Source: a virus (lineage: Duplodnaviria > Caudoviricetes). Taken from it: a stretch of DNA of 53,504 nt. This document shows positions 36,401 through 43,515 of this stretch, piece by piece (the stretch's first letter is position 1; the number at the start of each line of letters is the position of its first letter). The translations under genes were made by a program, and so were the position numbers. The stretch covers positions 1 to 53,504 of IMG/VR virus record IMGVR_UViG_3300042460_002234; one strand, written 5' to 3'. The notes beneath the pieces are model-generated. The model did no database searches. It was not told where the DNA came from and saw only the letters and a program-made list of their open reading frames with translations.

Positions 36401-37439
36401 GGCGGTCAACGAGACGCAGGGCATCTACAACCGCGGCAACCGCCCGGATTGGGCCCGCGGCGCCCTGGGCGCGACGCTGTTCACCTTCAAGCAGTTCAGC
36501 ATCAGCTACCTCGAGTTCCTGAAGCGCCTGCCGCGCCGCGAGCGCGTGATCGCCCTGGGCGTGCTGTTCCTGGCCGCCGGCCTCAACGGTCTGCCGGGCA
36601 TGGACGACCTCGACGACCTGATCGACACCCTGGCGCAGAGCCTCGGCTTCTCGTTCAACACGAAGCAGGAGCGCGACAAGCTGATCCGCGCCGCCATCAC
36701 GCCGATCCTCGGCGCCGGCGCTGCGGACTTCATCCAGAACGGCATCTCGGCCGCCCTGCCGATCGACGTGCAGGGCCGCATGGGCTTGCAGAACCTCATC
36801 CCGGGCACCGGGATCGCGCTGAAGTCCCAGCAGGACAAGGGCCGCGAGATGATCGAGGCCGCCGGCCCGGCCGCCGGCTTCGCCGAGGACATGGTGGGGC
36901 TACTCGGCCGCGGCGCCCAGGCTGGCCGCGCGCTGCTCAGCGGCGATGCTGCCGGCGCCGGCTCGGCCCTGTGGTCCGCCGGCAAGGAGTCCGCGCCGGT
37001 GGCCGTCCAGAACGCCCTCAAGGGCATGGAGATGGCGCAGCTCGGCTTCTACCGCGACGAGAAGGGCCGCCGGGTGCTCGACACCGATGGTGCTGACGCG
37101 CTCTTCAAGTCGATCGGCTTCCAGCCGGCCAGCGTGGCGAAAGAATCCCGCGCCGTGCAGCTCCAGCGGCAGAACATCGCGCTCAACAAGGCCACGGAGG
37201 CCGAGATCGCGGACGAATGGGCCCAGGGCGTGTTCGAGAAAGACCCCGCCAAGTCGCAGCGGGCGCGCGAGCGCCTGCTGGACTGGAACAAGACGAACCC
37301 CGAGTCTCCCATCCGCATCATGCCGCAGCAGATCCAGCGGCGAGTGAAGGAGATGCAGATGACCAGGGCCCAGCGCTTCATCAAGACGGCGCCGAAGGAG
37401 CTGCGCGGGCAGGTTCAGCGCGAGCTGGCGTTGGAGTAG
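30486..37439 (+). CDS. Giant polyvalent virion protein (PLxRFG-domain type) with ParB/Srx-like and HExxxH metallopeptidase-like domains
   Basis: 2317 aa; Gly-zipper N-terminus; KIDRLTEKVKAEGW..DPIRI....YIVEGNARIAVA; LMHEVGEHYGL (34386-34403 core); YAPLMRFG (35427-35444 core); AEQFNRRVTF...NRGNRP C-terminal region. Confidence 0.9.
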   Translation: MEFDDSTARPVSIDQFDDSTAQPVGTFSRSIGRGTGNLISSAGAALKDVTDIGGIASGIEGYGERMAARNPAEVTDVAGVLEKPLTFAGQALGEQVPQFGLNIAGAAAGAKLGSRFGGQGAIVGGIAGGLMPTFVQEYGSIRQEQAHTGIDDKGRAVAAALPATALELLGPEAIAIRNIVKVGGKLTAEQAAKLGGELAADGSRLAHMGKEAVKSVGQEAVTEVAQTGLERMGAGQDVTGAEATNDYIMSGLAGGIAGGVFGGGAAAFTPREKSQTVDPVAQQAQQQQQGIAQATAIATTDPNAGPLTKAVGLNPGAAAQAGAAGILGEQVEKADGPVKSLDGEFKAFQKQQAADEKAQADVMAAFEDFDAAVAAGQMRRQFEAQPKALPAPTPESNVIEGEFEDVTPRGPIITPPPEKRAALPAPGDTKPGGEIVVGQDGGARKQTYDEAARAEQQRAEADSISGDATGIKAPVKEVRRPDGTAWTNHLAAAAALRKRSDAAEFEVKRIDKGQFVLARKGEPAKQENTDGEVRAPEMAAASDGRQGADAPGGVADSPLGANAGERGAAAAESGAGAATAVPVGSAQPEPAPALTGYKRDNPGGNWITAKQKHAELLSQTSTDPYLQKMLGGTTTASADPVALPLEELAKLPSATDKDQGKIDRLTEKVKAEGWKQDDPIRIAVNQKGEPYIVEGNARIAVAQATGQKTVNTEVKWQNGGEDAQGFTPARVAELSKATPQEQSNAEATREEPPLAQRQEQAAAQTDTVESEAAPEEGAAANPAEQASKTPAVDAAPTSADIRRADGTPFPNKLAAGAARAKAGQKETHTIEPVDGGFVLRPKTTKPETSNEVQQDPAEEGAAQQAAAEQEAAPEGAAAADPREGAGEEAAGGPARAEDRDVLTPEAAKSEKSDQRASESGAESEQAQQPARRAQPGEPGYTLTDARNDLIELRSQVEGQGRVVDDRLLERMRQQERLVQQMETADQQPAAQQPEANPQATPAPERTAREYEREAYTFAVSLDEIQQAAAGERAAFDAKAAETLRAAGYEKFAADADFLSSLYKEARKRQKEAEREKGRDPAIYQAQLAQAIAAANLPEGEHEAFKLGFDHALAGRTKSTITGESKLAGYEAARAWLKTPEGRAFFEGKRVNKLENTGADLRRWFDKAKKDAEAANLKSELAAEKKAAAPASEQKADDDEPMQSTEAQGRGDPAAYAVATGMQPQAVLKELTDALGEQGVKNLIRAGVLRILPSREYFPAEIKAFVNKMSGRTLGLYDPRGKRAYIVANEIKPGEAVKTLMHEVGEHYGLSTMMGKDGYDRLLNDVRGLNRMGNKAVVEAWNRVAKNYKHLAPGSEKFVREVIAHLGERPDALKQPIIKRIIQAVRRFLYQHGFKVKLSDEDVVGMVVASLRRTMSQPVRQSQQKTAGEPAQKLDEPLFSLADERAPGVMSDIRDRIAELNDTRRTFNGWWHKTVGTQYHKAQIDNDFGRVFNRGQDYLTDVSRIALGAADAAPEILPRFESLKDLAKSGASPRELKPVAEAIFRGTLEDQKVYTDAELRDRFKLNPKQIRLYRQARAAFNRSLEDMAIAEMVKLARNDVGDKVAREAAAAGSMNAARDILTREAPELAKELDQKIGRVRQLISEGYAPLMRFGRYSVYVVGKDGEQLFFGMFEDEADARKVEKEMREQYPDAKVQRGVVSEESFKMFQGLSPDTLELFADVTGMSQNEAFQQYLKVAVNNRSALKRLIKRKGIEGYNPDLKRVMAQFITSNARTAAGNLHLGEMAKAWADIPKEKGDVKDEAAKLIGYLQNPQEEAAALRSFLFFNFLGGSIASAAVNMTQPLTMTLPYLSQWGARRAAGEMGKAMKAATGTIQDPALRAAMDRAMKEGIVEPHQIHELQGAAMTQGRDMGPADPAREALRKAVFVWGRLFSWAEQFNRRVTFAAAYQIGRKLSPDELEKAGAKDAYEFAVKAVNETQGIYNRGNRPDWARGALGATLFTFKQFSISYLEFLKRLPRRERVIALGVLFLAAGLNGLPGMDDLDDLIDTLAQSLGFSFNTKQERDKLIRAAITPILGAGAADFIQNGISAALPIDVQGRMGLQNLIPGTGIALKSQQDKGREMIEAAGPAAGFAEDMVGLLGRGAQAGRALLSGDAAGAGSALWSAGKESAPVAVQNALKGMEMAQLGFYRDEKGRRVLDTDGADALFKSIGFQPASVAKESRAVQLQRQNIALNKATEAEIADEWAQGVFEKDPAKSQRARERLLDWNKTNPESPIRIMPQQIQRRVKEMQMTRAQRFIKTAPKELRGQVQRELALE
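32074..32268 (+). CDS. Nested +1-frame gene A, 64 aa (MAKSALPKWLRQAMGDRVLTRREAWLIHRW...LQRLFLWEAPSPSPHLH)
   Basis: AGGAG RBS 7 nt before ATG; 57/64 codons end in G/C while about half of host-frame codons over the span end in A/T (hand count). Confidence 0.75.
   Translation: MAKSALPKWLRQAMGDRVLTRREAWLIHRWEQTPESAEPLPPNLEPALQRLFLWEAPSPSPHLH
32716..32790 (+). CDS. Nested +1-frame gene B, 24 aa (MQKRPAKNHPWRSDKSKPPRKPTP)
   Basis: Same frame as A and C; host-frame codon bias drops here; weak RBS (AAGAG/GAG); xPAxNHPWR resembles a motif in small phage proteins. Confidence 0.5.
   Translation: MQKRPAKNHPWRSDKSKPPRKPTP
33034..33192 (+). CDS. Nested +1-frame gene C, 52 aa Lys/Pro-rich basic peptide (MKYSKTPPKKAPP...QKIGMF)
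   Basis: GGAG 7 nt before ATG; all 52 codons end in G/C, versus 25/52 A/T-ending host-frame codons (hand count). Confidence 0.7.
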   Translation: MKYSKTPPKKAPPSKQPPSKKPPLKAPPRQIPVKAPAKKPPVDPRGQKIGMF

Positions 37440-37440
37440 C

Positions 37441-37734
37441 CTAGTCGCACTGAAGCGTGCCGCCGTAGTTCCAGCACCAGCTATTCGTAGAGGGGTTGTA
37501 TACCCTCTGCGCATTGCCGGACGGCCCCGCGCTGCGTTGCGGCAGCACCTTCTGGCCGTATTCGTCGCAGGTGTATCTGGCGCGCCCTGAGCGCATCTCA
37601 TCGGCGCGCTGCTCGTGCATGCAGAGACTCACGGCCCGCTGGCGGTTTTCCTCGGCGACTCGCGCTTCGTATCCGGTCTGCGCGGCGGCGGCAGCCGAGG
37701 CCGCCAGAAGGGCGGCAGCAAGGGGGAACTTCAT
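37441..37734 (-). CDS. Small exported protein (signal peptide, 4 Cys)
   Basis: MKFPLAAALLAASAAAAAQ signal peptide; AGGAG RBS. Confidence 0.8.
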   Translation of the reverse strand: MKFPLAAALLAASAAAAAQTGYEARVAEENRQRAVSLCMHEQRADEMRSGRARYTCDEYGQKVLPQRSAGPSGNAQRVYNPSTNSWCWNYGGTLQCD

Positions 37735-37744
37735 GGCAGGCTCC

Positions 37745-37761
37745 TATACCCGTTCGGTATA
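37745..37761. promoter_or_regulatory. Single operator TATACC-CGTTC-GGTATA
   Basis: Perfect TACC-N5-GGTA with extended symmetry, next to the RBS of 37441..37734. Confidence 0.7.
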
Positions 37762-37804
37762 AAGATGCCAGCCGCCCCCCCGCTAGCGCAACCTGACGGC
37801 CCTG

Positions 37805-38119
37805 TCAGGTCGTGGCGGTTTGCAGCCTGGAGAATGACTCGAACACCGCATGGAGCCGCCGGCTCTGATCCGGCAGTTGCAGGTCGGACCAGCACGTTGC
37901 GCCGATGTGCTTGAACAGCGCTTCCACGGTGCTAGCAGGCGTCGCCGGGCCCGGCGCGCCGGTGAGGTCGCAGACGAAGGACTGGAAGCGGGCATTTCTC
38001 GCGGCCGCATGCAGCAAATCCACAGGGGACAATGCCATCGGCGCGGGCTGGGCTTCCATGGGGCGGTGCGCGTCGATGCCCTCGACGCCGACGCGCTGTG
38101 CTGGGGGCTTCTCGCTCAT
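37805..38119 (-). CDS. Hypothetical protein
   Basis: ATGA coupling to upstream gene. Confidence 0.65.
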   Translation of the reverse strand: MSEKPPAQRVGVEGIDAHRPMEAQPAPMALSPVDLLHAAARNARFQSFVCDLTGAPGPATPASTVEALFKHIGATCWSDLQLPDQSRRLHAVFESFSRLQTATT

Positions 38120-38721
38120 GCGCTCAGCTCCCGGATCATCGCCTGGAACTGGCGCAGCTTCGCCATCGCCGCGGTGTCCGTCTGCTGCTTCTCCTCAATC
38201 GCCAGGACGATGTTATCGGCCTCGTCGGCCAGCATGGCGATCTGAGCGGACAGCTTGCGCATGCCGCCGGCCAGGGCCATCAGGCGCTCGAGCGGATCGA
38301 CCGGGAGCACGTCCAGCACCGGCGGGACGGCGGCGACTTCACGGGTTGGCGCTTCCTCCGGCGGCTGCGCGCCCTGCGCAGGCGTCGTCCGCGGCTTCGC
38401 GCTCACGCGGATGTAGTGGCCCGGGGGCGCCTCACGGACGAGCCCCTTGTGCTTCAAAGTGGTCATGCAGCCCTCGACCACTGCCTTGTCTGGATTCTGT
38501 CCATTGCGGGACATCTCGCCCATGATCTGGTGCAGCTTCCACGGCTCCTGCAACGGGCAGGCATTCAGCACCTTCGTGGCCATGGCGTTGAGGGACCGCT
38601 CTGCTTCTTCTAGTTTTGCGCTGTTCATGACATCTCCTGGGTTTGTGATTCCGGCCATCTTCAACCCCGCCAACACGCCGCGGCCGAATATGCGCCGGAT
38701 GGTCTTCTGCTCTTCGCTCAT
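38116..38721 (-). CDS. Hypothetical protein, possible winged helix plus coiled coil (alternative start 38628)
   Basis: ATG 38721 overlaps upstream stop; ATG 38628 has AGGAG RBS; VVEGCMTTLKHKGLVRE..PGHYIRV. Confidence 0.75.
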   Translation of the reverse strand: MSEEQKTIRRIFGRGVLAGLKMAGITNPGDVMNSAKLEEAERSLNAMATKVLNACPLQEPWKLHQIMGEMSRNGQNPDKAVVEGCMTTLKHKGLVREAPPGHYIRVSAKPRTTPAQGAQPPEEAPTREVAAVPPVLDVLPVDPLERLMALAGGMRKLSAQIAMLADEADNIVLAIEEKQQTDTAAMAKLRQFQAMIRELSA

Positions 38722-39074
38722 GGCAGAACTCGGTGGTAGTAATTGGTCCAGTCGCGGACGGTGATCCACGGCACCTTCATGCCGTGCGTCTTCTCCAGCG
38801 CCGCCGCGATCTCCTTGTAGAAGTAGCCGTTGGCGCGCATGGCGCGGGCGTCTAGCACCATCTGGAACGGGTATTTGCAGAAGCGCTTCGTGCCGCGGCT
38901 GCGGTAGCGCGTCGTGGCGATCTTCAGCGTGAGGGTGAGCTGCAAGACGGCGGCGACCCCCCGGTGCGGTGAGCGCTTGATGCTGCCGCGCCGCAGGGCG
39001 CGCATCAGCGCACGCTCCAGGCCCTGGTCGATCGACAGCAGCGGGGGGAGGGGTAAAGGGAGTTGGTTGTTCAT
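38718..39074 (-). CDS. Putative HTH DNA-binding regulator
   Basis: ARAMRANGYFYKEIAAALE...VPWITVRDW; follows ninG, where late regulators often sit. Confidence 0.6.
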   Translation of the reverse strand: MNNQLPLPLPPLLSIDQGLERALMRALRRGSIKRSPHRGVAAVLQLTLTLKIATTRYRSRGTKRFCKYPFQMVLDARAMRANGYFYKEIAAALEKTHGMKVPWITVRDWTNYYHRVLP

Positions 39075-39076
39075 CG

Positions 39077-39655
39077 CTAACCTCGCTCGATCTCCCGTGC
39101 CAGCGCCTTGTAGCGCTGCTCGATACCCTTCAGATCCTCGATGCTGTACTTCCTGGGTGCCTGATCCGCTTCCAGGGCCTCAACGCGGGCGAGCCCAATG
39201 CGCGCGATCAGGCCGAGGCGGTAGTCCACCGCCCGGCCGGCGCCGAACTGGTTGCAGACCTTCCGCTGGGCGTGGCAGTTGTCCTCCACGAATCGCAGGT
39301 GCGGCGCGCTGCCGACGGAGCGGTAGTGGCCGGCGTCGTAGCCGCCGCCGGTGAGCCCCCCGAGGCTGAGCGGCTGCCCGCAGCAGATACAGGGCTTTCG
39401 CTGATCGCGGAGCCGGATGTAGCGGTTGAAGGCCACCTGGGCCTTCTTCATCCAGTCCCGGCGCGTCATCAGGCGCACGCGGGCCTCGCGGATCGTCTTG
39501 CGCTGCGTCGCCCTGGCCACCCGCTCGGCCCGGCTTGCCTGCCGCTTCGTGTAGTCCAGCGCGCAGCGGGGGCCGCACACGACCTGAAGGCTGCTGCGCG
39601 GGGCATAACTCGCCCTGCACACCCTGCACTTCTTCGGTCGCGGCGCGCGGTTCAT
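39077..39655 (-). CDS. ninG: NinG/Rap recombination endonuclease
   Basis: KKCRVC..LQVVCGPRCA; AQVAFNRYIRLRD..PCICCG; YDAGHYRSVGSAPHLRF.EDNCHAQ. Confidence 0.95.
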   Translation of the reverse strand: MNRAPRPKKCRVCRASYAPRSSLQVVCGPRCALDYTKRQASRAERVARATQRKTIREARVRLMTRRDWMKKAQVAFNRYIRLRDQRKPCICCGQPLSLGGLTGGGYDAGHYRSVGSAPHLRFVEDNCHAQRKVCNQFGAGRAVDYRLGLIARIGLARVEALEADQAPRKYSIEDLKGIEQRYKALAREIERG

Positions 39656-39873
39656 ACGGGCATTTCCCCCTGCGGCGTCGGGCGCTTCGTCATGAAGTCG
39701 CTGCGCACGCGGCGCTCGCCCTCCGGCCGGTCGCGCACCACCGAGATCGAGCGCAGGTACAGTCCCGTGGCGCGGGCCAACTCGGGGCCGTTGTCGCAGT
39801 GGTAGCGGCACAGCTCGTGCAACTCGTCCAGGGCGCGCTCCAGCAGCTCGCGCTCGTCGTTCGTGATGTTCAT
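39652..39873 (-). CDS. Hypothetical protein
   Basis: ATGA coupling at both ends. Confidence 0.65.
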   Translation of the reverse strand: MNITNDERELLERALDELHELCRYHCDNGPELARATGLYLRSISVVRDRPEGERRVRSDFMTKRPTPQGEMPV

Positions 39874-40778
39874 TCGCAGAGTCCGTATTCGCTGCGGCAA
39901 CCGGTCGCCATGTCCAGGCCGAGTTGGAACTGCCTTCCGCCGCGGCTGGTGCGGCTCCACTCGACCACTTCATCAACTTGATTGGGCACTCCATCGACGA
40001 TGGGCGCAAAGAACGTCGCCGCGCTGCGCTTGCTGGCCCGCGCAACGATCCCCTCCCACTCCCGAATGCGTTCGATCTCGCTCGGGAAGCGGTCGGCGAT
40101 GTTCTTCAGCTCCCCCTTCCGGCAGTTGATGCAGGGCATGCAGCCGACGCGGCCCATGCCCTCTCGGTAGAGCGGGTTCGGATCGAGTCCGTGCTTCCGG
40201 TGGAAGGCGAACACATCGGCCGCCGTCCAGCGCAGGATCGGGCGCCACAACATCGCACCGGTGTCATCGCGGTTCCACCAAGGCGCCTTCGCGCGGTCCG
40301 GTGACTCGTCCGCGCGCACGCCAAGCCACTGGATGACACGGTTCTTTGTCGGTTCCAGCGGCAGGATGATCTGCTCTAGCACCGGGATGACTTTCAATTC
40401 CTGCGTGCAGAATCGAGCCATCGTGCTGGGGAACCGTCCCTTCCAGATGCAGAGGTCGAGGAATGGGTTGCCGGTCGGCACCATCGCCGCGGCCGCGCGC
40501 TGCACGTCGGCCTCGGGGACGCCCTTGAGCGGCCACTCCCGCAGGATGTACTCGCGACGCTGAGCGATCTCGGTGGAGAAGTCGGCCCTGATCCACTCGA
40601 CTTCGGGGCCGCCGGTGCGCTCGTGGAGACGCCGCACGAACTCGTAGGTGGCTTCGTGTTCGTTGCCGGTATCAGCGAACACGGCGCGGAAGGGCACGCC
40701 TCTCTCCAGCGCGAGTAAGTAGACGGCCGTGGAGTCCTTGCCGCCGGAGACGTTGATGATGTGGATGGTCTGCTTCAA
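39870..40778 (-). CDS. PAPS-reductase/DndC-like PP-loop family protein
   Basis: TTG start after GGAGG; SGGKDS PP-loop, FADTGNEH, RFCTQELK, GVRADES, NPLY..GMGRVGCMPCI, C-terminal CRSEYGLCE. Confidence 0.93.
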   Translation of the reverse strand: MKQTIHIINVSGGKDSTAVYLLALERGVPFRAVFADTGNEHEATYEFVRRLHERTGGPEVEWIRADFSTEIAQRREYILREWPLKGVPEADVQRAAAAMVPTGNPFLDLCIWKGRFPSTMARFCTQELKVIPVLEQIILPLEPTKNRVIQWLGVRADESPDRAKAPWWNRDDTGAMLWRPILRWTAADVFAFHRKHGLDPNPLYREGMGRVGCMPCINCRKGELKNIADRFPSEIERIREWEGIVARASKRSAATFFAPIVDGVPNQVDEVVEWSRTSRGGRQFQLGLDMATGCRSEYGLCE

Positions 40779-41266
40779 ACTGGTGCCTCCATCAATTCCG
40801 CCATCTCCTCGATCTGGTAGCAGTCGAGTTCCGGCCAATACTTCTGGCTGATCCAGTTGCAGAACCGCAGGTACAGCTCGCGGAACGCGCCGTCCTCCAT
40901 CTCCTCGTAGGCGAGGCTGCGCGCGACGCGGGCCTCGGCCTCGATGCCGTTGGCGAGCACGACCAGCGTCACGTCGCACTCGATGTTTCCCTCGCGCTGG
41001 AGCTTCTTCAGGGCCTCGTGGGCATTCATGCCGTCGAACGCCTCGATGTTGTCCACGCAGAGCTGGCCCAGGCGATGCGCGCGGCGGTGCAGGCTCGGGT
41101 TTCGGGCCTTCCACAGCTCGGCAGTCAGTTCGTCGCTGACGCGGTAGCCGCGGGCGCGCATCTTCTCGATTGCGTAGTGGTCGGCCGGCACCAGGGCGCC
41201 CTTCATCACGCGCAGCAGGATCGTCTCACGCGTGTTTCCCTTCGGGCGGCGACGCTCGCGCTTCAC
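40775..41266 (-). CDS. DUF1367/NinB-like protein
   Basis: GALVPAD...ARNPSLHRRAH...ARSLAYEEMEDGAFRELY; nin-region position. Confidence 0.7.
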   Translation of the reverse strand: MKRERRRPKGNTRETILLRVMKGALVPADHYAIEKMRARGYRVSDELTAELWKARNPSLHRRAHRLGQLCVDNIEAFDGMNAHEALKKLQREGNIECDVTLVVLANGIEAEARVARSLAYEEMEDGAFRELYLRFCNWISQKYWPELDCYQIEEMAELMEAPV

Positions 41267-41667
41267 GTGCTCGCCCCGGCCTGCGCGGCCTTCCTGCGCT
41301 TGTGCCATGCGCGGTTTGCAGCGTTGACCTTCTCGCGGTTCTTGGGGTCGGCCATGTACTCCCCGCGCGTGACCTTGATCGCCTCCTTGCATGCGTCGCG
41401 GTATCGGGCATCGCACGCGCGCTTCGCTGCGATCTGCTCGGGCGTCATGTTCTCCTTGCGGTTCCTGATCTTCTGGTCGGGATTCGCCACGTAGTAGCCC
41501 CGCTGCCGCTCGTTGACATACAGGCGGGCCTTGCAAGCCTTCGCCTTCAGGTCGCACTGCGCTACGGTGCAGGTCGCGCACAGCTCCCAAATCTTTCCCT
41601 GGTTCACCCGGAACTTCCGGGCGATGCCGGGAACCATCTCCGTCAGCTCGGCGAGCGTGCGAGTCAT
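41263..41667 (-). CDS. Hypothetical basic protein with Cys cluster
   Basis: ATGA and GTGA coupling; CATCTVAQC. Confidence 0.65.
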   Translation of the reverse strand: MTRTLAELTEMVPGIARKFRVNQGKIWELCATCTVAQCDLKAKACKARLYVNERQRGYYVANPDQKIRNRKENMTPEQIAAKRACDARYRDACKEAIKVTRGEYMADPKNREKVNAANRAWHKRRKAAQAGAST

Positions 41668-41906
41668 ACGGTTCCCCAGGTTTCGCGCGTCAGCACCTTC
41701 TCGACGGTGCGACGGTGCAGGCCGTACTGGCGCGCCAGCGCCGGGGCCCCGGCCTCCTTGCTGAATGGCCGGTACTTGCCGCGGATCTCGCGCACCAGCT
41801 CGGGCGTGAGCTTCGCCTGCGGCAGTCGGTTGCCCCGCGCGACGAACTCGAAGCGCCGCAGGTGCCACTCCTTGCGGTCGATGCCGTGCTTGCTGCCGCG
41901 GTTCAC
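41664..41906 (-). CDS. Stand-alone HTH of the type found at HNH endonuclease C-termini
   Basis: RGNRLPQAKLTPELVREIR...ALARQYGLHRRTVEKVLTRETW. Confidence 0.75.
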   Translation of the reverse strand: MNRGSKHGIDRKEWHLRRFEFVARGNRLPQAKLTPELVREIRGKYRPFSKEAGAPALARQYGLHRRTVEKVLTRETWGTV

Positions 41907-42016
41907 AGCAGCCACCAGATCAGCGGCGCCCACCAAGCCAGCGGCAGGCCGAAGTAGACCGCGATGCGGATCGCCACCCAAACCGGGTGCGTGTCCGGCA
42001 AATCGTAGATGCTCAC
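41903..42016 (-). CDS. Small membrane protein, 37 aa
   Basis: GTG after GGAGGA; VWVAIRIAVYFGLPLAWWAPLIWWLL; coupled at both ends. Confidence 0.65.
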   Translation of the reverse strand: MSIYDLPDTHPVWVAIRIAVYFGLPLAWWAPLIWWLL

Positions 42017-42282
42017 TCCTCCCCCCTCGCCGCTTTCGCGGCCTCGAACATGCGCAACAGCACGGCTTCCATCCGCTTGCGCGCCAGCGGGCTCCTCTCG
42101 CCGAGCGCCCGAAGGTTTTCGCGGCGGCGCCCCAGCGGCAGCCACGCGATATGCTTGGCGTCCTGCTCCCGATCCCAGCACTCCTGCTTCCACTCCTCCG
42201 AGCACGAGCACACGATGCGGCCGTCGATGAGCGTGACCTCGACGGCCTTTGGTGCAGCGGCGCAGGCGTGCGGCTCGATCAC
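42013..42282 (-). CDS. Hypothetical phage protein
   Basis: GTGA coupling; TLIDGRIVCSCSEEWKQEC motif. Confidence 0.7.
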   Translation of the reverse strand: MIEPHACAAAPKAVEVTLIDGRIVCSCSEEWKQECWDREQDAKHIAWLPLGRRRENLRALGERSPLARKRMEAVLLRMFEAAKAARGEE

Positions 42283-42884
42283 GCATGGCTCTCCGCGCAC
42301 TCCGCGCAGCAGGGCTTGACCTTGACGTGCCAGCCGCGGCTGGACTCGCTCCACTCCAGGCCGTCGGCCTCGAAGACATCGAACCACTGCGCACCGGGCG
42401 GCGGCTCCGGGCAGCCCAGGTTCTCGGCGTAGGTGATGACATCCATGGCGATGAAGCCCTCGCCGCGGACGTTCATGCGGAAGGCGCGCAGATAGTTGCG
42501 CGCGAGCTTCTTCCACTCGGTATCACTGATCCGCGCGGTCAGGTCGAGCACCTTCGACGCCCAGCTCGTGACGTACATGCAGTGGACCGTCGGGCTCTGC
42601 GCCTTCACCAAGCCGAGCTTCTCGACGATGCCTGCCCTCGCCGCGCGCTTCGCCACCGCGCCCCAGGCGCGCTTGTCCGGCGGTGCCGGGATCTGCGGAT
42701 TGGCCGCGCGCACCGCCTCAGTGGTGAGGTCGAGATGCGTCCGGGCGTACAGGCAGAAGGCGTCGTAGGCCATCTCGGCCCACTCCTTGCCGGCGTTGTC
42801 GATCGCCTTCTGCATGCCGGCGTCCTTGGCGCGCTTGGCGGCAGTGGGATTGAGCTGCGTCAGGTCAAGCTGCGCTTGGTTCAT
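42279..42884 (-). CDS. Conserved phage protein (AKDAGM...AWGAVAKRAARAGIV)
   Basis: ORF in replication operon, recognisable phage motif, possible winged helix. Confidence 0.75.
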   Translation of the reverse strand: MNQAQLDLTQLNPTAAKRAKDAGMQKAIDNAGKEWAEMAYDAFCLYARTHLDLTTEAVRAANPQIPAPPDKRAWGAVAKRAARAGIVEKLGLVKAQSPTVHCMYVTSWASKVLDLTARISDTEWKKLARNYLRAFRMNVRGEGFIAMDVITYAENLGCPEPPPGAQWFDVFEADGLEWSESSRGWHVKVKPCCAECAESHA

Positions 42885-43515
42885 GGTTCACCGCCTTCTG
42901 GATCAGGGCTGCGATGGGTTTACTGACGAGGGAGATGCCTTCCTTGCCGCCAGCGAGTACGGCCTGGGCCTTCGTGGTATCACCGATCACCACAGGCTCA
43001 GGGATGTGCTCGAGGTAGCCGCCGTTGCGGTTGTTGGCCTCGGTCTCGCCGACGAGGCGCGGCAGGTAGTCGGGGAGCTGCGGCCGCACGGCGTAGGCGC
43101 GGTAGCGCTGCTCGAACTCCTTCGCTCGAAACGGCATGTCGTCGGTTCGCACGTTGCAGAGCTGGCCGAAGCCGCCCATGTCCGTGAGCACCAGATGGAT
43201 GATCGGGTCGTCGAAGACGAGGGACTGGTAGGGGCCGATGCAGCGGACGGCGAAGTGGACCTTCGACCAGGCGACCTGGGCGCGGTCGCCGGTGGCGCCC
43301 TCGATCAGCTTCACGATGTCGCCAACCTTCGGGAAGAACTGCCCGGTGTCGGGATTGCGGATGTGGGCCTGGAAGGCGACCTCGACGGCCTGGATGTCGA
43401 AGACCTCGAGCCCGCGCCAGTAGATCTCGATGATCGGGTCGCTGAGCGTCCTCCCGTAATACTCCGAGCACGCCGTCATGGCGGCGGCGAAGCGTGGCGC
43501 GTCATGCTTCTGCAC
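42865..43515 (-). CDS. DUF6475-like replication-associated protein (helicase-loader position)
   Basis: GTG 43515 after GAGGAGG; GQFFPKVGDI, AQVAWSKV, YQSLVFDDPIIH..MGG; follows initiator. Confidence 0.8.
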   Translation of the reverse strand: MQKHDAPRFAAAMTACSEYYGRTLSDPIIEIYWRGLEVFDIQAVEVAFQAHIRNPDTGQFFPKVGDIVKLIEGATGDRAQVAWSKVHFAVRCIGPYQSLVFDDPIIHLVLTDMGGFGQLCNVRTDDMPFRAKEFEQRYRAYAVRPQLPDYLPRLVGETEANNRNGGYLEHIPEPVVIGDTTKAQAVLAGGKEGISLVSKPIAALIQKAVNHEPSAA

